From NCBI GenBank assembly GCA_030646805.1, contig JAUSKZ010000016.1:1-56960 (forward strand): a stretch of 56,960 nucleotides of DNA. The letters are read 5' to 3'. Both the position numbers and the translations under genes were made by a program. The stretch's first letter is position 1. Every line of letters begins with the position of its first letter. This document shows positions 16,577 through 24,848 of this stretch, piece by piece. Under the pieces are notes generated by a model. It saw only the letters and a list, made by a program, of their open reading frames with translations, ran no database searches and was not told where the DNA came from. The DNA is from Candidatus Daviesbacteria bacterium (GTDB lineage Bacteria > Patescibacteriota > Microgenomatia > Daviesbacterales > UBA10151).

Positions 16577-17239
16577 TCAGAAAGAGTATTTATCCCTACC
16601 GCTGTAGAAACCACTGCATATATCTGGGAATTGGCCATCATAGGTTTGCCCTACTGAATCCCAAATCTTATTAATCCTTTGAAAGGACTCTTCATCAAAA
16701 TAAGTTAAAGGGCAGAGTCTATCTATCCAAAAAGTATCATAATCAAATTCCCAATGGGTACTGTAATAAACTCCCAATCCTCCTTGTTGTTCATATTTTC
16801 CACCTCTACCAATTTCATCACCCTTATCCACTTTCGTTCCTACCTTTAAATCAGAATTGGGCGCCATCTCCTCGTACCTGATTGCATATACCCCACTGAC
16901 AACCTCGACATCATAAATCTTCTCAGTTTCGCCGTGCCCCCCAGGAGGATGTTCTTCTATTTTTGTTACCTGGCCTGAGGCAGCGGCTCTTAAAGGTGCT
17001 GGGTGATGCCAACCAAAATCTAACCCTGGGTGTCCACGAGGAGGAGTATGATGGTCTGTCTCACCCATCGGATTAATAAAAATTAGATCGTCATCAACTT
17101 TTTCAAACGGTAGAGAGATAATAATTCTCTCATGTGGGAAGATTGGTAAAAAGCGGATAAAGAATCTCCAGGCAAAAAATAAACATACACCCAGTAGAAT
17201 TATCCCTGCAACTTTGAGAATAACTGTCCAAGAAAACAT
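16577..17239 (-). CDS. M23/LytM-like metallopeptidase-fold protein, membrane anchored
   Basis: HPGLDFG (HxxxD), PLRAAASGQV, GDEIGRGG and a degenerate HxH region (STHWEF). Confidence 0.5.
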   Translation of the reverse strand: MFSWTVILKVAGIILLGVCLFFAWRFFIRFLPIFPHERIIISLPFEKVDDDLIFINPMGETDHHTPPRGHPGLDFGWHHPAPLRAAASGQVTKIEEHPPGGHGETEKIYDVEVVSGVYAIRYEEMAPNSDLKVGTKVDKGDEIGRGGKYEQQGGLGVYYSTHWEFDYDTFWIDRLCPLTYFDEESFQRINKIWDSVGQTYDGQFPDICSGFYSGRDKYSF

Positions 17240-17302
17240 TAACTTTATCGTAACATTTATTGAAGCAAGAAAGTTTATTTAAAGGTATGGTATTATTAAA
17301 TT

Positions 17303-18451
17303 ATGTCTGCCCAAAGAGGCTCGCCTCAATTCGATGTTTTTAGTCGCGAAGCGGGTTTTGCCCCAATTGCTATAGTTGCAATAGTTGGTGTTTTACTGGC
17401 AGGAGGTGCAGGATTATTCTATCTCCAAAGATCAACCCCATCAAATTCAACATCACTTAAGACCCAATCCGAAACCCAAACCAAAGATTCCAGTCAAATC
17501 TCATTTGAGGCATCAGATAAAAAACTTCTTTTAACTGGGGGCTTTGCCGATCCATCGGTCATCAAACTAAACGATAAGTACATAATGTATGTTAATAAAT
17601 TTGGGGGTGGGCCTTCAGCTAATTTAGTTTATACCTCTTCTGATGGGATAGCTTGGACAGATACAGGCAAAAAAGTTCCTGGTGCTCCAACTTCAAGGGT
17701 TTTTTTAATGGATGGGCTAGTCAGACTTTACTATACAACCCAAGTCCCAATTAACCCTTCCGATCCTCCATCCCAAATCCTAAGTGCCAAATCTACAGAT
17801 GGAATAAATTTTATAAACGAAGAAGGGATCAGGGTTAAGCCAACAGATGGGTATGTTATTGAAGGCCCATCTCTAATTAAAACAGATTCTGGATATAGAC
17901 TGTATTTTTCAGAGTTTAAAAAAGAGAAGCCCCAAGAAAGAAGGGATGGCAAAATTTTTGGAGCGGACTCAAAAGATGGTTTAACTTGGGCAAGAGACGC
18001 GAAACCATCAATAGAAACAACTGAGGTAGAAAACGCTTCTGCTGACTGGCCACAAGCAATTCGGCCATATGTTTTAAAAAGACCCACTGGAGGTTTTGTT
18101 CTATTTTATAATACTCATTCCAAAATTTACGCAGCCCTCTCAGATAATGGAATAAGTTGGGAAAAGCTCGGCAGTATTGGGATTAAAGGGGCCGATTCAG
18201 ATGGATACTACCAGCCTGATGGAACAATTAGATTTTACTATGGAGATTTCTCGGAAAAGACATCCGGAGTTGTATATACCGCGGTACTTACAGAAACCAA
18301 AGGGAAAAAAGCAGATGCTCCTGACAAGCAACCAATGGAAAATATAAAACCGTTTGGAACTAAGCCTCCCCCACCTCCTGAATGTGTAGGAAAAAAGGCG
18401 GATGACCCCAACCTTTCCCAATCCTGTCAAATGTGGTTCAAAATCCAGTAA
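17303..18451 (+). CDS. Membrane-anchored/secreted beta-propeller protein, GH43/GH32-like fold
   Basis: Repeated blade-like motifs: ADPSVIKLNDKYIMY, SSDGIAWTD, STDGINF, SKDGLTW, SDNGISWEK. Family assignment is tentative. Confidence 0.4.
   Translation: MSAQRGSPQFDVFSREAGFAPIAIVAIVGVLLAGGAGLFYLQRSTPSNSTSLKTQSETQTKDSSQISFEASDKKLLLTGGFADPSVIKLNDKYIMYVNKFGGGPSANLVYTSSDGIAWTDTGKKVPGAPTSRVFLMDGLVRLYYTTQVPINPSDPPSQILSAKSTDGINFINEEGIRVKPTDGYVIEGPSLIKTDSGYRLYFSEFKKEKPQERRDGKIFGADSKDGLTWARDAKPSIETTEVENASADWPQAIRPYVLKRPTGGFVLFYNTHSKIYAALSDNGISWEKLGSIGIKGADSDGYYQPDGTIRFYYGDFSEKTSGVVYTAVLTETKGKKADAPDKQPMENIKPFGTKPPPPPECVGKKADDPNLSQSCQMWFKIQ
17311..17364 (-). repeat. Inverted copy of the GC-rich family B hairpin inside the first 21 codons of the 17303 gene
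   Basis: The reverse complement contains CCCGCTTCGC ... GAGGCGAGCC, the same arms as 24107-24138. Confidence 0.6.
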
Positions 18452-18468
18452 AAGAAATATCGGGTAGT

Positions 18469-18508
18469 ACACCTCGGAGGTGTCCTAGCTTGACACCTCG
18501 GGATTATC
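18469..18508 (+). repeat. REP-like double hairpin element (family A)
   Basis: ACACCTCGGAGGTGTCCTAGCTTGACACCTCGGGATTATCC, near-identical in layout to 48508-48540 and to the reverse complement of 49227-49264. Lies between convergent genes. Confidence 0.8.
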
Positions 18509-18558
18509 CATCAAATTTGGCTTTTATGTTAAAATTAGATACGGTAGCGATTGATAAA

Positions 18559-19038
18559 TTAATTAGTAAAGGGTGAGGATTTTATCAGTTTTATATAACC
18601 TAAAAATAAGGCCACCATAAGGCCTATCGTTACTACTCCAAATCTAAACATATCGTCGTTGGCTCCAAATCCTCTAACAATACTATAAAGCAACACCAAT
18701 ACTCCTCCTAAAAGTAATCCATCGGCGATCAGTAGTAGTTGTTTAAACAAAATAAGACTGACAATTAGAATTAGAATAGAGGCAACTGCCGAGATGATAG
18801 AAACATTTTTATTATATGTTTCAACTTTTTCTTGATGATCTCGCCACTTCTGGCTCTCTACTTCTTGTTTTTTTATATATTCTGCAGAGGGAGTAGCTTC
18901 TCGATTAATTTCATAGGGATAAATTGGTTTTGATGACTCGGGAATTTTGGGGGATGGATAAAATGCAGCGATACCAACTCCAATAAATGTTGCCAGTAAA
19001 ACTCCAATAAAAACTATGTAGACACTTTTTAAAATCAT
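18559..19038 (-). CDS. Hypothetical integral membrane protein (about 4 TM)
   Basis: Hydrophobic segments. Last gene of the sortase operon. Confidence 0.6.
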   Translation of the reverse strand: MILKSVYIVFIGVLLATFIGVGIAAFYPSPKIPESSKPIYPYEINREATPSAEYIKKQEVESQKWRDHQEKVETYNKNVSIISAVASILILIVSLILFKQLLLIADGLLLGGVLVLLYSIVRGFGANDDMFRFGVVTIGLMVALFLGYIKLIKSSPFTN

Positions 19039-19094
19039 TTAGCCTTTTGACTCATCAGGTAAAAACTCTTCTCCACAATCAGGACAGTCTATCA

Positions 19095-19658
19095 TTAATA
19101 AGCATCAGCAAATACCACCAGGCGCTTATTATAGCTTTTTTTAGCTCCATCCCAAATACCATCACAGGTGATAAGATTAAGATGAGTGCCATCTCTCTTG
19201 CTAAAAACTTCATCTGCAAATCCGGAATCATAAATACGACTCTTTGAAACTACGAAAACAGTAGTCGCTCCTTTGTTGTCTTCAACGTACAATTTGTCCC
19301 CCGGTTTTAGTTTGTTCAAGTTTGTAAATACCCCTGCTTCACCATTTTCTCCATTTAAGTGTCCGGCGATAACAGCGCTGCCCTTCTCCCCCGGGAGTAC
19401 CCCAGGCTTAAACCACCCAACGTCTACAATATTACTTGGAACTTCCATCTCCCTCTTAGGAGTAAGGCCGACGTGTTGGATCGTGGCGTTAACATTAATA
19501 CTTGGAATTTTAAGACGCACCGGAAACCCCAGGGAAGCTTTATTTACAACTTGGCTTTGGGATACTGAGGTCTGAAATACTGATTTCTCATATATGCCTG
19601 GAGTAATTTGAAGAAAAAGTAGAGAGAATACTACAAAGGTTATTATTAATAAGATCAA
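19095..19658 (-). CDS. Sortase family transpeptidase
   Basis: N-terminal TM, AVIAGHLNG (catalytic His context), LNLITCDG (TLxTC-type Cys) and a downstream Arg (NKRLVVFA). Confidence 0.85.
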   Translation of the reverse strand: MILLIITFVVFSLLFLQITPGIYEKSVFQTSVSQSQVVNKASLGFPVRLKIPSINVNATIQHVGLTPKREMEVPSNIVDVGWFKPGVLPGEKGSAVIAGHLNGENGEAGVFTNLNKLKPGDKLYVEDNKGATTVFVVSKSRIYDSGFADEVFSKRDGTHLNLITCDGIWDGAKKSYNKRLVVFADAY

Positions 19659-19671
19659 TCGAATCTATGCC

Positions 19672-20982
19672 TTAATGTCTTCCCAAAAATCTTGTGTTTC
19701 TTTGAATTAAAAAGAGGAGGGCTAAAATCCCAACCCCGATGCTGGTCAAGATATACCATGGGATATTGTTCTCACTTGCATCACGTCCGCCTCGGATCGA
19801 CCGAGTCGAGACGGGTTGAAGCGGGTTTGGAGCAAACCCGGTATTTGGAAAACTTACTCCTAAAACGTTTGGGTTCACACCTCCTATTTGTCCTCCTCCA
19901 ATAAGTTTTGAGCTTCCATAAATCCCTACTGTACAATCGTTCCTCGCTCCGATTCGAAACCAAATTGGTTGATTAGGAGGAAGATCATTGATGGTAGTAG
20001 AGAATCCTGAGACGTTGGTACTATACAACCACTTTCCGTCTTCGAGACCATAAGTAACGATAAACGTGTTTACTCCCGAGCTTGGTCCCCAACTTAAAAA
20101 AATACTCGTAGGGCTAACTCTTCTTGACTCAATTATGCTTGGTGCAACTATAGTGCTCGCAATAGTTGGACAAACTGGAGCAGATGTACTACCAGAACTT
20201 GAGTTCGAAGATGAGCTGGGGGATGAGGTTGGGGTGGGAGTAGGAGAAGCACATGAGGAGTTATTAACTGTAGTGTTATTAAAAGTAATCGCGGCTGTTT
20301 GGGCAATGGCTCGACCTGCAAGTGTGGCTCCTCCTCCGGGAAAAGTGATTGATGCTTGAGCTAAAACAGTTCCTACCATCTGGGTAGTACCATTTAATGT
20401 AGCTGAGGAGTCGACCTTCCAGAATACATTGCAAGCCTGCGCTCCTCCTGTCAAAAGTACCCTGCTTCCGGTAGCTGTAACAAGGTCTGATGTCAAATGG
20501 AATATAAAAACGGAGTTGGCGTCACCACTTAAAGTTAGGTCTCCGGTTATGTTGGCTGTAGCATCGTGGCCCACTGTATAAACACCTTGAGTTAAGGTTT
20601 GACCACCAATTGCGGTAGTGAGAGTCTCGTCAGATGTCCGTCCTCCGATGTTTAGTACTGCGGCAGTCGCGTCTGTCTGACCTTGCAGAGCAACAGCATT
20701 TTGGTATTGTATTACACCACCGTTTAGTGTTCCGTTAGTAGTGACACCTGTGCATGGGCTTGGAAAACCAGTACATGTCGCAGGACTATCTAATCCCATA
20801 TCTCCATTATTGAGTACGGTTCCGGCTAATGGATTGGTAATTTCAGACTTGGCCAGAGCTGCAAAATCAGCAACAGTTAACAAAGGAACAGTCGCTGGAT
20901 TGGAGTATGCATAAGCTTTTGGTAGAGGCATGAAAACAAACTGGACCAAAATTAGTAATATTAATGTTAGAAATCTATTCAA
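19672..20982 (-). CDS. Ice-binding-like (DUF3494) beta-solenoid protein with Ser/Pro linker, FN3-like domain and C-terminal sorting signal
   Basis: DUF3494 pattern: GDMGLDSPATCTGF, GGQTLTQGVYTV, LTLSGDANSVFIFHL, CNVFWKVDSSATL, GRAIAQTAAITF. FPNTG at 19837-19851, then a TM helix and a basic tail. TTG start. Confidence 0.85.
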   Translation of the reverse strand: MNRFLTLILLILVQFVFMPLPKAYAYSNPATVPLLTVADFAALAKSEITNPLAGTVLNNGDMGLDSPATCTGFPSPCTGVTTNGTLNGGVIQYQNAVALQGQTDATAAVLNIGGRTSDETLTTAIGGQTLTQGVYTVGHDATANITGDLTLSGDANSVFIFHLTSDLVTATGSRVLLTGGAQACNVFWKVDSSATLNGTTQMVGTVLAQASITFPGGGATLAGRAIAQTAAITFNNTTVNNSSCASPTPTPTSSPSSSSNSSSGSTSAPVCPTIASTIVAPSIIESRRVSPTSIFLSWGPSSGVNTFIVTYGLEDGKWLYSTNVSGFSTTINDLPPNQPIWFRIGARNDCTVGIYGSSKLIGGGQIGGVNPNVLGVSFPNTGFAPNPLQPVSTRSIRGGRDASENNIPWYILTSIGVGILALLFLIQRNTRFLGRH

Positions 20983-21148
20983 AATTTACCGCTTTCTTAA
21001 TTGTTGTTTCTTTGGGTAAATATTTGATCAAAGCTCTTTCTACAAGTTCAGTCAAACTTAACTCTTCGATAACAGCTTGAGCTCTAGCCTGTTTAGTAAT
21101 AGAAGGGTGAATAAAAAGGGTAACTCTTTGCTTTGTACTAGTTGTCAT
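20975..21148 (-). CDS. Ribbon-helix-helix (CopG/Arc-like) small protein, 57 aa (below ORF-track cutoff)
   Basis: MTTSTKQRVTLFIHPSITKQARAQAVIEELSLTELVERALIKYLPKETTIKKAVNFE shows a beta-strand/helix/helix pattern. Its stop overlaps the TTG start of the DUF3494 gene by 8 nt. Confidence 0.6.
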   Translation of the reverse strand: MTTSTKQRVTLFIHPSITKQARAQAVIEELSLTELVERALIKYLPKETTIKKAVNFE

Positions 21149-21184
21149 GCTTCACATACTACAACTTATAGTAATAGTTGTCAA
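21149..21184 (-). promoter_or_regulatory. Consensus promoter abutting the RHH start (leaderless)
   Basis: Minus strand: TTGACA (21184-21179), 17-nt spacer, TAGTAT (21161-21156), 7 nt, ATG (21148). Confidence 0.55.
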
Positions 21185-21223
21185 GACTATTTACCAAATT
21201 CATACAATATCCTTTCAAAGGAC

Positions 21224-21246
21224 AGGTTAGGTATATATCCTAACCT
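21224..21246 (-). terminator. 8-bp hairpin after the zinc-ribbon gene (possible terminator/attenuator)
   Basis: AGGTTAGG-TATATAT-CCTAACCT. The U-tract on the minus strand is weak. Confidence 0.35.
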
Positions 21247-21256
21247 TTTAATCTAT

Positions 21257-21790
21257 TTATGCTGGCTCTTGGGGTAAAAACTCTTCTCCAGCGCTACTCA
21301 CCGGCACTTCTCCGGGTTTTAACCATCTGACATAAGTGCATCCCGTTGCCACCCTTTCTTTTGAATCCCAACCGGCTGTAGAACACTTTTCCATCTTTTT
21401 TCCGGTTGAAGTAGTAAAGAGCACTAATTTTTTTCCACATTCAGGACAATCTATATCCAAGGCTTCGGTATTGCCGTTGATCCATTCAACGAAGTCACAA
21501 CCAATCGCCTTCTTGGCCTCTTTATCCCAACTTCCAGCCGAACACTTCTTCATCTTTTTTCCAAACCGGGTCTCTTGTAAAACTAAGTTTGAGCCACATT
21601 TTGGGCATTTTTCATCTAACTGCTTAGCCTCAGCCTGGATCCAGAGAACGTAATCACAGCCTTGAGCTTGGCGAGTTTCAGAGTTCCAAGATCCGGTGCT
21701 ACAACGCCGTAATTTTTTGCCGGTTTGGGTTTCGGTAATATCGCCTAAAGGTGCACTACATTTTGGACAAATATCTTTTGAATCACTCAC
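21257..21790 (-). CDS. Protein made of three tandem topoisomerase-type C4 zinc-ribbon repeats
   Basis: The pattern CP(K/E)CG..L....T.GKK...CS..(S/G)W.......GC..V.W occurs three times with a period of about 53 aa. GTG start. Confidence 0.6.
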   Translation of the reverse strand: MSDSKDICPKCSAPLGDITETQTGKKLRRCSTGSWNSETRQAQGCDYVLWIQAEAKQLDEKCPKCGSNLVLQETRFGKKMKKCSAGSWDKEAKKAIGCDFVEWINGNTEALDIDCPECGKKLVLFTTSTGKKMEKCSTAGWDSKERVATGCTYVRWLKPGEVPVSSAGEEFLPQEPA

Positions 21791-21830
21791 GTTTTTTAGA
21801 CTATCATATTATTAAAAGCGTGTACATAGT

Positions 21831-21859
21831 TTGCTTTTTGTTCGGTCTTGTGGTATACT
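21831..21859 (+). promoter_or_regulatory. Candidate promoter for the DEAD-box helicase gene with a leader of about 270 nt
   Basis: TTGCTT (21831-21836), 17-nt spacer, extended -10 TGgTATACT (21851-21859). Confidence 0.4.
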
Positions 21860-22134
21860 ACTCAAAGTTGACTTAAGAATTTCGAGCTATTTGAAATTTT
21901 TCCCACTATCCGTGCCTATTTTTGCACAATGATACTTTAGGGTTATATTTTCTATTTGGCTCCTAAGATTTTACGGAGCAATCCACTTCTTCTGTTTCTA
22001 ATTTCAATTACCATTACTTAACATTTTAGCTTTTTCGGACTTGATCCAAAACCTATTTGCATTCTTTAAGAGAATGACAGTGAAAGAGGACTTCGAAATA
22101 CATAAATGTTAGGTCTTGGACAATTTTAAAAAAT

Positions 22135-23358
22135 ATGTTTAATCAAAGGTCGAATAATTACTCAAATAACCGAGGATCAAGATTTTCTAGCCCTTACCGG
22201 GGTGCTGGTCAAAGAAACTTTTCCCGCGGCGGATTTACGGCTCGGAAAATGAGATTTTTGCCTAATGACCCTAACCTATTTATTAAAAAAGCCCAAGGCT
22301 CAACCGAAACCCAATATACTCCAATTAATAGTTTTGAAGGCTTTAATATCGCCAAGATTTTAAAATCTAATATAGCTTATAAAGGATATCTTTCCCCAAC
22401 CCCCATTCAAGATCAAGCAATTATGCCAATCTTGGAAGGTCGGGATGTTATCGGCTTGGCTGCTACCGGAACCGGTAAAACAGCTGCTTTCTTGATCCCT
22501 TTAATTAACAAAATATTTTCAGACCGGAATCAAAAAGTTTTAATTATAGTTCCAACTCGGGAACTGGTTATGCAAATTAACCAAGAGTTTAAAGATTTTG
22601 CCTATGATATGAAAATTTACTCAGCAGCGGTGATTGGTGGGTCAAATATCCAAAGGCAAATCCATGAACTAAGACGTAATCCTCAAGTTGTAATTGCAAC
22701 CCCAGGCAGGCTGAAAGATTTAATGGAGAGAAAAGCCATTTACTTGGAAGATTTTGAAAATATTGTTTTAGATGAGGTTGATTTAATGGTGGATATTGGT
22801 TTTATTAACGAGGTTAAATATTTTATCGGCTTCTTACCAAAAGTCCGTCAATCACTGTTTTTTTCGGCGACCATCGGACCAAAAGTTCAAACTATCCTCC
22901 AGGCTTTTGTTAAAAACCCTGTCACGATCAGCATTCCGAAGGTTGATGCTCAAGAAAATATTGACCAAAATGTCATAAAAATTATCAATCCTGCTAAAAA
23001 GATAGAGCAATTAATGGATGTTTTAAACCAAGATGGATTTGATAAGGTGATGGTGTTTGGTAGAACCAAACATGGGATTGAAAAACTAAACCGAGAGCTA
23101 GAATTTAAAGGCTTTAAAGTCGGGGCCATTCACGGCAATAAAAAACAGAGTCAAAGACAAAGAGTTTTGCGGGATTTTAAAGAAAATCAGATTAATATTT
23201 TACTAGCTACTGATGTAGCTTCAAGGGGCTTAGATATTGATAACGTCACTCATGTTATAAATTATGAACTACCAGAAACTTATGATGATTATATTCACAG
23301 AATCGGCAGGACCGGCCGGGCCGGCAAAACTGGCATAGCCTTAACTTTTATTGAGTAA
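22135..23358 (+). CDS. DEAD-box ATP-dependent RNA helicase with Arg/Gly-rich N-terminal extension
   Basis: Q-motif region, AATGTGKTAAF, PTRELV, DEVD (motif II variant), SAT and HRIGRTGRAG. Confidence 0.9.
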   Translation: MFNQRSNNYSNNRGSRFSSPYRGAGQRNFSRGGFTARKMRFLPNDPNLFIKKAQGSTETQYTPINSFEGFNIAKILKSNIAYKGYLSPTPIQDQAIMPILEGRDVIGLAATGTGKTAAFLIPLINKIFSDRNQKVLIIVPTRELVMQINQEFKDFAYDMKIYSAAVIGGSNIQRQIHELRRNPQVVIATPGRLKDLMERKAIYLEDFENIVLDEVDLMVDIGFINEVKYFIGFLPKVRQSLFFSATIGPKVQTILQAFVKNPVTISIPKVDAQENIDQNVIKIINPAKKIEQLMDVLNQDGFDKVMVFGRTKHGIEKLNRELEFKGFKVGAIHGNKKQSQRQRVLRDFKENQINILLATDVASRGLDIDNVTHVINYELPETYDDYIHRIGRTGRAGKTGIALTFIE

Positions 23359-23388
23359 TCCTCTAAATTAAGTATAATCTTTCTTTAA

Positions 23389-24048
23389 ATGAGCAGTAAG
23401 TCCGAGAGGTTGAAAATATCTGATCCAGCATTAAATGCCGTAGCTGATGCTATGCTCGTTGCCCAATCACTGTTAGTCTTGGAAAAAGTTAAACGTTTTC
23501 CACCAGATGATACTAAGACAGATACCCTGAGACTTGTAGAGGAAGCTACTGTCAGCCAATGTTCAGTTGCTTGTACTATAGTTGTAACTTTTCTAGCTCA
23601 TAAGTATCCACATTTATTTGATAGCATGGCGATATTAAGGGCTTTTAGTGAGACTAGGGAGTTAATTAATCCTGACTGGATTCATCACGACAACTTCCTA
23701 GCTAGAGATAAGGGGGGTTGGTGGTATGCCGGTAGTCCATCCAACTATAGAAGACAGTATCCTGATAATTGTCAACGTTTAACCAGACTGATTTACTCTA
23801 AAGATTTACAGGAAGTCTTGGATACTATTGAGCATGAAGACGAAGGATTATGGCCACAAGATAGTTTTTTAAGATCAACTTTCAAGACCCACCCATTAGA
23901 TATGCCAAAACCCCTCCATCCAACTCAAGCAAACCAATTAACTACAATTAGAATATCTAATTTAGGTAGAACATACCTAGTTAGAGCTAAAAGTCTTTAT
24001 CCTTTTATAGATGGTGAGATTGTAATCAATGATCTAGAATTTTTATAA
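23389..24048 (+). CDS. Hypothetical protein, 219 aa
   Basis: Long ORF 30 nt after the helicase gene. No motif recognised. Confidence 0.55.
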   Translation: MSSKSERLKISDPALNAVADAMLVAQSLLVLEKVKRFPPDDTKTDTLRLVEEATVSQCSVACTIVVTFLAHKYPHLFDSMAILRAFSETRELINPDWIHHDNFLARDKGGWWYAGSPSNYRRQYPDNCQRLTRLIYSKDLQEVLDTIEHEDEGLWPQDSFLRSTFKTHPLDMPKPLHPTQANQLTTIRISNLGRTYLVRAKSLYPFIDGEIVINDLEFL

Positions 24049-24075
24049 TTATTATTAACACACCTGCCTTTAATA

Positions 24076-24178
24076 CAACCTGGGCCGTGCGTCGCCAAAG
24101 GCTATGCCCGCTTCGCCAAAGCCCCAGCGAGGCGAGCCGGCGGCGCGGGGTTGAATAGATAGACACCTAGGGATTTTA
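24076..24178 (+). repeat. Composite repeat: family A-like shell with an internal GC-rich family B module
   Basis: CAACCTGGG + [CCGTGCGTCGCCAAAGGCTATGCCCGCTTCGCCAAAGCCCCAGCGAGGCGAGCCGGCGGCGC] + GGGGTTGAATAGATAGACACCTAGGGATTTT. The shell alone recurs at 29276-29315. Confidence 0.75.
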
Positions 24179-24184
24179 AGAATT

Positions 24185-24841
24185 TTACCAGGGATATTTT
24201 TGACCTTCAGACCAAAATTGGCCAGATTCATGTTCCGTGGTAGCTAATTTATAAATATCTTCTGCTGCCTGTTCTGGTGCTTTTGGAGCATCATCACCCC
24301 CCATATCAGTTTTAACCCAACCTGGATGAACTGAGGAAACTGTAATTCCTTTATTTTCTAGTCTCGCTCCCAAGGTTTTAGTATACATATTTAAAGCAGC
24401 TTTACTGATTCTATAACTAGGGTTATCTGATGCGTTACCTCCTTCTTGCGAGAAAGATCCTAAACGTGAAGATAAATTTATTACTTGTCCGTTTGGAGAA
24501 ATTTTGGAAAGCATGTGTTCGGTAAAATCTATCAAACCAAATAAGTTAATCTCTAAAGTCTTTCTTAAAACATCCATGTCAATATCAACAATATCCCAAT
24601 CCTCCTCATTAACCCCAGCGTTATTGATTAAAATATCAACTTTATCTTCAATTTCTAGAGCTGCGTTTTTTATATTTTGAGAATCAGAAATATCTAACTT
24701 TACTGCTTTAAAATTGGGATCTTCAATATCAATTTTCCCAGTAGTTGAGGTGCCAATAACTATATATCCTTCACTTAAAAACTTCCTGGCAGTAGCTAGC
24801 CCTATCCCCCTACTTGCCCCGGTAATTACCACAGTTTTCAT
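24185..24841 (-). CDS. Short-chain dehydrogenase/reductase (SDR) family oxidoreductase
   Basis: TGASRGIG cofactor motif, NNAG and a YRISK (YxxxK) catalytic motif. Confidence 0.88.
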   Translation of the reverse strand: MKTVVITGASRGIGLATARKFLSEGYIVIGTSTTGKIDIEDPNFKAVKLDISDSQNIKNAALEIEDKVDILINNAGVNEEDWDIVDIDMDVLRKTLEINLFGLIDFTEHMLSKISPNGQVINLSSRLGSFSQEGGNASDNPSYRISKAALNMYTKTLGARLENKGITVSSVHPGWVKTDMGGDDAPKAPEQAAEDIYKLATTEHESGQFWSEGQKYPW

Positions 24842-24848
24842 CTCAGTA

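Noticed and set aside
18490-18520. TTGACA inside the REP copy at 18469-18508 considered as a promoter.
   Set aside because: No acceptable -10 box at 16-18 nt, and no plus-strand gene downstream. The next gene is on the minus strand.
22073-22111. 12-codon upstream ORF (MTVKEDFEIHKC) in the helicase leader.
   Set aside because: Only a weak purine stretch lies upstream and nothing supports translation. It cannot be distinguished from chance.
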